26,580 nt of DNA from Candidatus Hermodarchaeota archaeon (GTDB lineage: Archaea > Asgardarchaeota > Thorarchaeia > Thorarchaeales > Thorarchaeaceae). The notes below the pieces were generated by a model. It did not search any database, had not been told where the DNA came from, and was given only the letters and a program-made list of their open reading frames with translations. The translations under genes and the position numbers were made by a program. Of this stretch, positions 1-8,067 are shown one piece after another (the first letter of the stretch is position 1; each line of letters starts with the position of its first letter). Location: NCBI GenBank assembly GCA_048885865.1, contig JBHLLF010000035.1, forward strand, positions 1-26,580, given 5' to 3'.

Positions 1-1049
1 CAGACTCGGAGATAATCCAACCAGGACACCTTGTCCTCAAAGACGGCTGTGAGCATTAGGGGCACCAATGTTTCAAGCCCAGGTATGCCAGATTCTGCGT
101 CTCTGAATGGAAGTCTCTTCTCAAAGGTTTCATGAGGCGCATGGTCTGTTACCACACAATCAATGCCCCAGGTAGCATTAAGCCCTTTTAGAAGGGCCTC
201 GTTATCATAGGGCGATCTCAATGGAGGGAGCATTTTAGCTCTGCCGTCCTCATGAGAGAACTCTCCACCAGATAGGAAGAGATGATGCGGTGTGACCTCT
301 GCAGTCAGTGTGTCTTCAGCACGATGCTCCAATAATATCCGTGCAGTCGTGCCGCAACTTACATGACAAACATGCAGTCTGCTCTCATAATATTCTGCTT
401 TGACTTCCAGAAATTGCTTTAGGGACTCCGCTTCGTTTTCACAGCTGTGAAGCTGAAAGAACTCATCGTGCGTTTTTGGTCTCTCTCTCTGCTCGGCCAA
501 GGCAGGGTGAAAAAGCAGCGGTATGCCATACTTGGCTGACAGTTCCATACATTGCCTTAGACGCTCCTTGGTATAGTGTGTGCCTTCTGTCAATGGAGCG
601 TGTGGGTAGATCTTGAATCCGAGAATCTGGGGAATCAAAGCCTTCTCCACATCGCTGACCTTTTTTGGGATTCCGGCGTAAAAGCCTACGTTGACATATC
701 GCTTCTCTGTAGCTATAGCAATTTTCTCCTCAAGATCATCAAGAGTCATGGTTGGAGGGACAGAGTTTGGCATGTCGACTACAGTAGTCACACCACCTGC
801 AGCAGCAGCCATAGTCCCCGTGGAGTACTCTTCCTTGTCTTCTTGTTCTAAATCCCTCATATGAACATGAATATCGATTACTCCAGGAAGAATGTATAAC
901 CCCTCGCAATTGATTCTTTCCGATGCGGGGGGTTCAGCACCAGGTTCGTATATACCCTCAATAATGCCTGCTTCTATTGTAACTGAACGGACAACCTCTA
1001 TCCCGTCCAGTATCACAATCCCTCTTTCTAGGATACGGTCTACAGGCAT
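1..1049 (-). CDS. pyrC: Dihydroorotase (amidohydrolase superfamily), 3' end runs off the window
   Basis: Not in the ORF track. Manual translation from ATG 1049 gives MPVDRILERG...LPGVIDIHVHMRD...GTMAAAAGGVTTVVDMPNS...HVCHVS...EVTPHHL...KMLPPLRS...VTDHAPH...GIPGLET. The HxH metal site, DMPN and DHAPH are typical of dihydroorotase/allantoinase; HxHxR favours dihydroorotase. Confidence 0.85.
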   Translation of the reverse strand, partial: MPVDRILERGIVILDGIEVVRSVTIEAGIIEGIYEPGAEPPASERINCEGLYILPGVIDIHVHMRDLEQEDKEEYSTGTMAAAAGGVTTVVDMPNSVPPTMTLDDLEEKIAIATEKRYVNVGFYAGIPKKVSDVEKALIPQILGFKIYPHAPLTEGTHYTKERLRQCMELSAKYGIPLLFHPALAEQRERPKTHDEFFQLHSCENEAESLKQFLEVKAEYYESRLHVCHVSCGTTARILLEHRAEDTLTAEVTPHHLFLSGGEFSHEDGRAKMLPPLRSPYDNEALLKGLNATWGIDCVVTDHAPHETFEKRLPFRDAESGIPGLETLVPLMLTAVFEDKVSWLDYLRV

Positions 1050-1094
1050 ACCTATTTTCAACGTCACGGCACGATATGATTTTGTCGCCAAGGG

Positions 1095-1928
1095 CTATTC
1101 TTCAGGTTCTGGGATTTTGAACTTGTTTGCGACGAAACGAGTCAGATCGGTTGCGCTGATGATGCCTATGAGTTTGTTACCATCACCCACCACAGGAAGT
1201 GTGTTCAGATTCGCTTTCCTCATCTTTTCAACGACAGCAGCTAGAGGAGTTTCTGGAGATACTAGTGGTGGTTCCCTTATCATGGCATCTACAACTCGTA
1301 TTTGTCTGACCTGATTCCTGCGGTGCTTGTCAGGCACTTCAACACTGAACCTCGCCATCGCTTCAGCGACGGCTCTTTCAGTAAGCAATCCCAGCACTCT
1401 TGGCCCATCTGTGACTGGAAGTCCTGAGTATCCCTTATCGAGCATTTCACTCCTTGCCTTCACAAGACGCTCCACTGGATTGACAACAAGGATGTCTTTT
1501 GTCGTCATCAAATCTTCTACCTTGATATCCTCAAACTTGGTTACAAGAGAACAAAGCTCCGTCTTTGAAATAACACCAACAAGTTTGTCATCTGCATCAA
1601 CAACAGGACATCCACTCATTCCCCTATCCACCATGAGTTGAGCAACTTCTGTGACTTCATCGTCGGGTGAAACGGTAATTACGGTGTCAGTCATAGCACT
1701 TGAAACGTGCAGTCTACCTATTGAAACGGCAACTACCTTACTGACACTAAGCCTGTCTGCAATGTCTGCATATGTCAGAATCCCCGTTACTGTACCATTC
1801 TGAGTAACAATTAGCCTATCCACACGCTTCTTATCGAGTAGTTCTAGAGCGAAAGATAGCCTCTGATCCTTGTCGATAGTGATTGGTTCTGCCATGATTT
1901 GACTTACTTCCAATATACAATCCTCCAT
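1095..1928 (-). CDS. CBS domain protein (four CBS repeats, two Bateman modules)
   Basis: Four repeats of a h-P/I-V-x(n)-G-h-h-T/S-x-x-D/E pattern (GILTYAD, GVISKTE, GLLTERA, GIISATD) across 277 aa. Confidence 0.9.
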   Translation of the reverse strand: MEDCILEVSQIMAEPITIDKDQRLSFALELLDKKRVDRLIVTQNGTVTGILTYADIADRLSVSKVVAVSIGRLHVSSAMTDTVITVSPDDEVTEVAQLMVDRGMSGCPVVDADDKLVGVISKTELCSLVTKFEDIKVEDLMTTKDILVVNPVERLVKARSEMLDKGYSGLPVTDGPRVLGLLTERAVAEAMARFSVEVPDKHRRNQVRQIRVVDAMIREPPLVSPETPLAAVVEKMRKANLNTLPVVGDGNKLIGIISATDLTRFVANKFKIPEPEE

Positions 1929-1972
1929 TCACCGTGCTTACCGAATTGAATACACTCCATTAGTTTAGCCAA

Positions 1973-2536
1973 CTAGCTCCGACAGACATCACAGAGGTAT
2001 CTCCCATCTTCAAGTGCCAAGTCAGTAGAGTACTCTCCGCAGCTGTCACAAACACCACCATAGGCGATTAGTTCGTCTTCTTCTTCCTCTTCCCTAGCCG
2101 TGGTTTCAGACCGGAGCTTCAAAGACTCCATGAGTACATCAATAAGCTCAGGAGACCAACGTAGAATATCTCTTGAAGTGATTATCCCAGCCAAGCTGTT
2201 GTTTTTCAGCACCGCCACTCTACGAATATTACCATGAGCCATTATTCTCATGGCCTCAGTCAGGGGGGTATCTGGCGTGACATGAACAAGAGGAGAACTC
2301 ATCACATCTTTGGCCTTGGTTTCTTTTGGGTTCTTATCCTCTGATACCACACGTCTAACGATATCTGACTCAGTTATGATACCCAGCGGCCGACCCTCGT
2401 CACTAACTATTATCGATCCAATGTCCATCTCATTCATCGATTGTGCCACCTCACGTACACTGGCATCTGGTGGCATTGTCACTACATTGACAGACATGAT
2501 CTCTCTCACAGGCATTGAATGCGAAGGGTCAGACAT
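1973..2536 (-). CDS. CBS-pair protein with C-terminal zinc ribbon
   Basis: GIITESDI and GIITSRDI CBS motifs, an acidic linker and C-terminal CDSC...CDVC. Start moved from 2620 to ATG 2536 (MSDPSH), which has GAGGT upstream. Confidence 0.85.
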   Translation of the reverse strand: MSDPSHSMPVREIMSVNVVTMPPDASVREVAQSMNEMDIGSIIVSDEGRPLGIITESDIVRRVVSEDKNPKETKAKDVMSSPLVHVTPDTPLTEAMRIMAHGNIRRVAVLKNNSLAGIITSRDILRWSPELIDVLMESLKLRSETTAREEEEEDELIAYGGVCDSCGEYSTDLALEDGRYLCDVCRS

Positions 2537-2675
2537 CAGATAATACCTCGGCATTTCAGAAAGTTGGTCATCAATCACCCAGAGCACTTGGGCTTTAGGG
2601 TGCATTCTTGACTGAATCAACGCCGTTGGAATTTAAACGTGTCTGTATTGTACGACATGTTTCAGTGAACCATGT

Positions 2676-4694
2676 TTACCGTCTTGCGTCACTAGTGACT
2701 AATTCGCCCCCGCCTGCAGGCAGGACGCGCATAATGTCCTCTTGTGGGATATCATCAATCAAATGCTTCTTGTCCTCAGGCACCAATTTCTTCAGCTGAT
2801 TGAGAATTTCCTTCACAAGCTGACCTTTCTTCCCTTTGCCTGGAGCAACCGTTACTGTGTATTCTGTATGAGCAGACAATGCTGAAGGTGGGCCTGATAC
2901 TGGAATTGCTTCATCATCATCTATCAAGACCCCTACAGCGAGGTCTAGCGGCACTCTTCGAATGTAGTTCTTAGAGCCATAGATCATGACAGCACCCGAG
3001 GGTAGATACTCTCCGGAGGGTGGAGTGAAACTTACCTGTTCTGGATTGACCCAATAGGCATCACCAGACGAAAGGCCGTCTTGCCATGCTCGAGAAAACG
3101 TGACTGCGAACTGCGCAGCTTCAGTCAGAGTCTGCTCTCCGGGTGAATCTCCCGAAGCCTTGACAACTACGTAGGGTGCACCATGGAGTGCAGCGTGGAT
3201 AAAAACATCGTTTGGTTCCATTTGTCGTTTTGCAAGTCTTTCATTGGTCTTTGCATCACGTCCTCCAATGACAAGGAGTCCTTCTGAGGATAGAAACCAT
3301 CTAAACTTCTCATACCATTTCTTCTTCCTGATTCGAACAGCCACCTTCTTCTCTGTTTGAGGTATGACTGTTTTTGCTTCAAGTTCCTTCAGCTTTGCCA
3401 GTGTCTTCTCGATTTGCTTTTGTGCCCCCTTGGTCTTGGCCTCCGACTTCTTGGCCTGTTCATATGCTAGTGATGCATTCTCTTGTGCGCTCTTTCTAAT
3501 GTCTAGACTCACATCGATATCTGCAAGCTTAACAGCAATCTTGCCTTGAGAGGGTATTATTCTTTCAATTATGGCTGCGGATGGTATACCTCTCTCTTTC
3601 CCTTCCTCGACCCTACGTGTTATCTCGGCCCATGATAGACCACTCGCTCTTGCGCTGCTGATTGTTTCTAGGACTTCTTGCACTGTCTGAAAGCTGTTGT
3701 AAATGGCTTCACCAGCCAGTCTTAAGCTGCTAGCTCTAGCTTCCAATCGAGTGATGCCCTCTTTCTGTTTCTCTATAATCGTTTCCAGCCGCTTACGTTC
3801 CTTGACATGAGCTTCGAGAACTGCCTCATCCTCAAGTTCCATGTCAGACACGCCATAAAAGTTGTCAATTGCTTGGCTGAATGTAGAGAAGGAATTTGTT
3901 GACAGGCCATTATACACCTCGAACATGAAAGGTACGAATGCAACTTGTTCCTCCTCGTCATCGTCAATGATGATGCGCGGTTCGTTGATTCCGTTCTTGA
4001 GATTCTCAATGAATCGAGAGAAACCATCTGATAGGTCCTTCAGCGCCTGCTCATCTAAATCCGGAACTTTTGCCTGGGGGTCGACTCCTCCGAGTGCACA
4101 AATCTCCTCACAACTCAAAGAGTCAAGGTTCAGTCTGCTTGCCAGCGTTCGTACAACATTCGCATTCGAGTCAGAGAGAACTTCTTCAAGAGCATCTGAC
4201 TCTAAATTCATGACATCCATTCCACGAGGAGGCGGGAATTCGTACTTTGCCTTGGGGATCACATCCCGATCTTTCATTCTCCTGTAGCGCATGGCAACGA
4301 ATATTGTGTCCTCTGGGTCGAGAAGAAGCACGTTTCCATTGCCGAATAGCTCTACTACCAATTTATGCGAACTTGCTTCATCACCCACTTCGATCACTAC
4401 AATTCTATCCAGCTCATGTTGATAGACTGACATGACTTTCCGGTCTCGGAGATATTTTCTGAGTGCAGTGCAGAACTTCGGTGGAACTCTAGGAGCAACT
4501 CGACGGTACTCAGTGAGATGAATTCGACGACCAACCTCGAAGAGAAGCTGTGATGTGCCTCCTGCAGGTCGATAGAGCTTGAGCACAAAGACATCCCCAT
4601 ACTGGTATACATTCTTGATGAACGAACCTTCCGCCGACTCTTTTAGCTCTGGCAGAATTAACCGAATGTCAATATTGCTCATGGTTTCTTTCAT
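2676..4694 (-). CDS. rqc2: Ribosome quality control factor Rqc2/RqcH (NFACT family)
   Basis: N-terminal MSNIDI, DRIV and ELFGNGN (NFACT-N); coiled coils; KWYEKFRWF, GGRDA and HAALHGAP (NFACT-R); PGKGKKG (NFACT-C-like). Start moved to ATG 4694, which has GGAGGAG upstream. Confidence 0.93.
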   Translation of the reverse strand: MKETMSNIDIRLILPELKESAEGSFIKNVYQYGDVFVLKLYRPAGGTSQLLFEVGRRIHLTEYRRVAPRVPPKFCTALRKYLRDRKVMSVYQHELDRIVVIEVGDEASSHKLVVELFGNGNVLLLDPEDTIFVAMRYRRMKDRDVIPKAKYEFPPPRGMDVMNLESDALEEVLSDSNANVVRTLASRLNLDSLSCEEICALGGVDPQAKVPDLDEQALKDLSDGFSRFIENLKNGINEPRIIIDDDEEEQVAFVPFMFEVYNGLSTNSFSTFSQAIDNFYGVSDMELEDEAVLEAHVKERKRLETIIEKQKEGITRLEARASSLRLAGEAIYNSFQTVQEVLETISSARASGLSWAEITRRVEEGKERGIPSAAIIERIIPSQGKIAVKLADIDVSLDIRKSAQENASLAYEQAKKSEAKTKGAQKQIEKTLAKLKELEAKTVIPQTEKKVAVRIRKKKWYEKFRWFLSSEGLLVIGGRDAKTNERLAKRQMEPNDVFIHAALHGAPYVVVKASGDSPGEQTLTEAAQFAVTFSRAWQDGLSSGDAYWVNPEQVSFTPPSGEYLPSGAVMIYGSKNYIRRVPLDLAVGVLIDDDEAIPVSGPPSALSAHTEYTVTVAPGKGKKGQLVKEILNQLKKLVPEDKKHLIDDIPQEDIMRVLPAGGGELVTSDARR

Positions 4695-4771
4695 TGTCAA
4701 TCGCTCCTCCAGTCCGATATTGTTATAACCTAGTCGATTGACAGACGCATAACTCCGGCAGGTGTCACGCG

Positions 4772-5119
4772 ATGTCATCAGCTATAACCCCTCTTCAGAA
4801 TATCTTCAAGCGTCTTTTCAGCAGATGGGCTGATTCAGCAGATGAGCAACAGACCTATGTTAAGATATTCTTCGCATTAATCACTGCGCTAATCTGCGGA
4901 CTTGCAGGACCTGCTTTTCGAGGATCTAGAGGTCTGATTTTTGGATTGCTCATGTATTCGCTGACTCTCTATGTCATAGTCTACTTGCTAGAGATAGATC
5001 CCAAAGAGATTGGAGGCCGTCAGAAACTCGTTACAGCTGGCCTTCCTACATTTCTATTGCTTTGGGTACTCTTTTGGACGCTAATCTATACCTTCTCCCT
5101 TCCTCCAGCATTGCTCTAG
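4772..5119 (+). CDS. EMC6/RAB5IF (OPTI)-like three-TM membrane protein
   Basis: Three hydrophobic segments. The C-terminal LEIDPKEIGGRQKLVTAGLPTFLLLWVLFWTLIYT resembles the Rab5ip-family pattern (LQIDEEEYGG...WIIFYT of RAB5IF; VLFWTFLY of EMC6) as I recall it. Confidence 0.7.
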   Translation: MSSAITPLQNIFKRLFSRWADSADEQQTYVKIFFALITALICGLAGPAFRGSRGLIFGLLMYSLTLYVIVYLLEIDPKEIGGRQKLVTAGLPTFLLLWVLFWTLIYTFSLPPALL

Positions 5120-5601
5120 AGCAGAGCTAGCAGTTGGATGAGGACATAAGCCACACTCAGAAATGGAATCAGTGGCGTACCCCTTTCACCAGTCTTCATC
5201 GACCAATTTGAGTACACATAGCCTAGAATCAACATAATGAGCATAGTCAGGCCGCTACCTATGATTGCCTCAAGTGCTGGATCACTCCATAGAGCTAGTT
5301 CTATACCTGGACTAATTATGCTCACAATAACCAGCGTCTTAAGGTCGGCTCCGCCAATTGCTCCGATTCGAAAGAGCGCATAAGCGAGAATGATAACGAA
5401 AAGGAATGCTGCAACGTGGAGCAGAGAATTCTCAACCAGATGTCCAGTAAGAGCGGTGATGGCAAATCCTATTGTGCCTCCAATCAGTACAAGGTGATTA
5501 GCGATCATTCTATCACGAATATCTAGTATACTGAAGATACTGAGAATCACGAGGGCTGTACCAAAGGCGACTAAAGATGTAGGTGAAAGGTCTACCGTCA
5601 T
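5116..5601 (-). CDS. Prepilin peptidase (A24 family aspartic peptidase)
   Basis: SILDIRDRMI (first catalytic Asp) and IGGADLK (GxxD second Asp), multi-TM, C-terminal PLIPFL. Start probably ATG 5601; the ORF track gives 5655. Confidence 0.85.
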   Translation of the reverse strand: MTVDLSPTSLVAFGTALVILSIFSILDIRDRMIANHLVLIGGTIGFAITALTGHLVENSLLHVAAFLFVIILAYALFRIGAIGGADLKTLVIVSIISPGIELALWSDPALEAIIGSGLTMLIMLILGYVYSNWSMKTGERGTPLIPFLSVAYVLIQLLALL

Positions 5602-5754
5602 AGGGACATCATCTCTCGTAGTAATAATCTGTTCTAAAGTATATAGTCCTCCCATGTAACCCGATAGTAAGAAAGATTAGGTGGCTAAGGGGCTGCGAGT
5701 CCGTGCAAGGGGCTAACCCAGCCTCTTCAACAGCAATTCCCAGAAGCTGATATA

Positions 5755-6642
5755 ATGAAGGATCCTATGCAAGTCATTGAAGACACAGCCTTCCGTCTTC
5801 TCAAAATGGCTGTAACAAGACTGCCCAAAGATGTTGAAGCCGCATTGAGGGTAGCACGTGACCGTGAGGACAATGAAACCGCCAAGACTCAGCTCTCAGC
5901 AATCATCCAGAATCTGGACATTGCTGAAACAGGAGTTCCGATGTGCCAGGACACAGGCATCATAATCTTCTATGTCAAGGTCGGCAGCAAGTTCCCATTT
6001 ATGGATGAGATTAAGGAAGCCCTCATCAAAGCCACAAGAAAGGCCACCGCGGAGGTGCCAATTCGACCAAATGCAGTGAATCCGATTGTAGGTGGCAATT
6101 CAGGTGATAATACCGGTGTCAAAATTCCCTGGATAAACTGGGAGATTGTCCCTGGAGATTCATTGGAGATAATTGTGTTTCCCAAGGGTGGAGGGAGTGA
6201 GAATGTGTCCATTGTTGGCATGCTCAAACCCGGGGTTGGACTGACAGGTGTCAAGAAACTGGTTGTAGATAATGCAATGAGCTACATGGGCAAGGCCTGC
6301 GCTCCAAACATCATTGGCGTGGGCATTGGGGGCGGTGCAGATATTTCTATTAAGATTGCCAAGCAACAGCTTCTACGACCACTCGACGATAAACATCCTG
6401 AGCCTGAAGTGGCTAAGATTGAAGAGGAACTCATGGAGGCCATCAATGCTACAGACATTGGTCCTATGGGTCTTGGAGGCAAGACGACAGTTCTGGCAGT
6501 GAAGGTCGATTATGCCATGCGACATCCTGCAAGTCTACCTGTGGGAGTTGCAGTTCAGTGCTGGGCTGCAAGGCACAGCAAGGCAGTGATATCTAAAGAT
6601 CTAGGAGTTACCTATGTGACACATCCATTGGAGGGTGAGTGA
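5755..6642 (+). CDS. Class I fumarate hydratase / L-tartrate dehydratase, alpha subunit
   Basis: PMCQDTG, PKGGGSEN, GKACAP, IGPMGLGG and QCWAAR are Fe-S hydro-lyase motifs. Proximity to a fumarate reductase favours fumarase. Confidence 0.92.
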   Translation: MKDPMQVIEDTAFRLLKMAVTRLPKDVEAALRVARDREDNETAKTQLSAIIQNLDIAETGVPMCQDTGIIIFYVKVGSKFPFMDEIKEALIKATRKATAEVPIRPNAVNPIVGGNSGDNTGVKIPWINWEIVPGDSLEIIVFPKGGGSENVSIVGMLKPGVGLTGVKKLVVDNAMSYMGKACAPNIIGVGIGGGADISIKIAKQQLLRPLDDKHPEPEVAKIEEELMEAINATDIGPMGLGGKTTVLAVKVDYAMRHPASLPVGVAVQCWAARHSKAVISKDLGVTYVTHPLEGE

Positions 6643-6643
6643 A

Positions 6644-7252
6644 ATGGCTGAATATCGCTTTACGACACCTATCTCTGAAGAAGATGCCCGCAAACTAAAG
6701 GTAGGCGATGTGGTGTATGTCAGTGGTGAGCATGTCTACACTGCACGTGATGAGGCTCATGAGCGTGCTCTACACATGTATGAGAAAGGGGAAAAACCAC
6801 CTGTGGACTTTGAAGGCAGTGTTGTCTATCATGTAGGACCTGTGGCATGGCAGAAAGAAGGAAAGTGGCAAATAGTTTCTGCTGGCCCCACCACAAGCAT
6901 TAGAATGGAGCTCTTTGAGGACGAATTCCTCCGAAAGTACAAGGCTCGCATCATCATTGGGAAGGGCGGCATGGGTGATAAAACACTTGAAGCCCTCAAG
7001 GAGGTTGGCGCAGTATATTGCAGCTTCACTGGAGGATGCGGCGCTCTTGCTGCGAAAGGTCTGAAGGAAGTGCGCGCCTACGAGTGGAGCGACCTGGGTA
7101 TGCCAGAGGCTCTTTGGGTCATCACCGCTGATGAGTTTGGACCACTATTGGTGACGATGGACTCTCATGGTGGAAGCCTGCACAAGGTAATGGACCAACG
7201 AGTGGCAGCACGCAAGGCAGAGGTCTACGCTAAGATTGGCATAAAGGACTAG
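6644..7252 (+). CDS. Class I fumarate hydratase / L-tartrate dehydratase, beta subunit
   Basis: TARDEAH, YHVGP, AGPTTSIRM, IGKGGMG and LGMPEA motifs. ATG 6644 lies directly after the alpha-subunit stop, with GGAGGGTGA upstream. Confidence 0.92.
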   Translation: MAEYRFTTPISEEDARKLKVGDVVYVSGEHVYTARDEAHERALHMYEKGEKPPVDFEGSVVYHVGPVAWQKEGKWQIVSAGPTTSIRMELFEDEFLRKYKARIIIGKGGMGDKTLEALKEVGAVYCSFTGGCGALAAKGLKEVRAYEWSDLGMPEALWVITADEFGPLLVTMDSHGGSLHKVMDQRVAARKAEVYAKIGIKD

Positions 7253-7305
7253 ATATCTGTCCGCTAGGGATTATACACTGAAAACACATATCCCACATAA
7301 TGTAG

Positions 7306-7635
7306 ATGCTAGTGGTAGTGGGATTCAGCGAGGTGTCATCCTTGAGGAAAATTGTCCAGATTGTCTATAATGAAAACCCCAAGCTGAAACTTGACGTTGC
7401 AGTCTACTACCCTGATAGCACTGAATATCGAATCCGGTATATACACCCCACACACCACGCAGAGGTAGAAAACATATCGATGCTGTTGAAGGGTGTCGAG
7501 TTTGATGAACCAAGAATGCTCACGGATTGGCACGGATTTATGAACGCACTCAGGATGCTACCTGATCAATACATTCGTTCACTTGATGTCATCTATTTGA
7601 CACGCTCAGGAGTAGTAATCGAGGACCCAGAATAG
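7306..7635 (+). CDS. Hypothetical protein (109 aa)
   Basis: ATG-started ORF with globular alpha/beta-like composition filling the gap after the fumarase genes. No family recognised. Confidence 0.6.
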   Translation: MLVVVGFSEVSSLRKIVQIVYNENPKLKLDVAVYYPDSTEYRIRYIHPTHHAEVENISMLLKGVEFDEPRMLTDWHGFMNALRMLPDQYIRSLDVIYLTRSGVVIEDPE

Positions 7636-7723
7636 TCGTGGTAACTTGGAAACTCAGTTAAATGCATTATCAGACGGCGGCTGGCATTCTCGACGATTCC
7701 TTTGCCCTCATCTCTTTCGTAGC

Positions 7724-7831
7724 CTACGTTCCTAATGCCGCCAGTATCGGCACTGAAATTCCATAGAGTGCCACTACTAGTAGCACCAGCATTGCAATGA
7801 CCAGAAGGAGTTCCTCTGAATCCATTCTCAT
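7724..7831 (-). CDS. Putative small single-pass membrane protein (35 aa)
   Basis: Manual translation MRMDSEELLLVIAMLVLLVVALYGISVPILAALGT*. GGGGA lies upstream and a TATTATA element sits about 30 nt upstream. Below the ORF-track length cutoff. Confidence 0.45.
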   Translation of the reverse strand: MRMDSEELLLVIAMLVLLVVALYGISVPILAALGT

Positions 7832-8067
7832 GCATCCCCAATGGCTGCAAGTAGTGCTATAATACTACATATAGCGGTTCCCTATCAATTAGCTTGTTTG
7901 TGCATTGACACCGGGATTTGACGCCTTTCGTCCCAATTAGGATGCTCATTTCACGATTTTGCTCCAACAATGCATATTTCTTCGTGCAACCCCAACAGTA
8001 ACTCTTAAACGGTGGCCTCGTGCCGACGGGTCAGGCTCAAATAGAGCTCTCCATCGGAGGACTGTAG

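Noticed and set aside
576-1641. Plus-strand ORFs 576-851, 892-1314 and 1327-1641
   Set aside because: Antisense shadows of pyrC and the CBS gene, with Ser-rich composition typical of reverse-frame artefacts.
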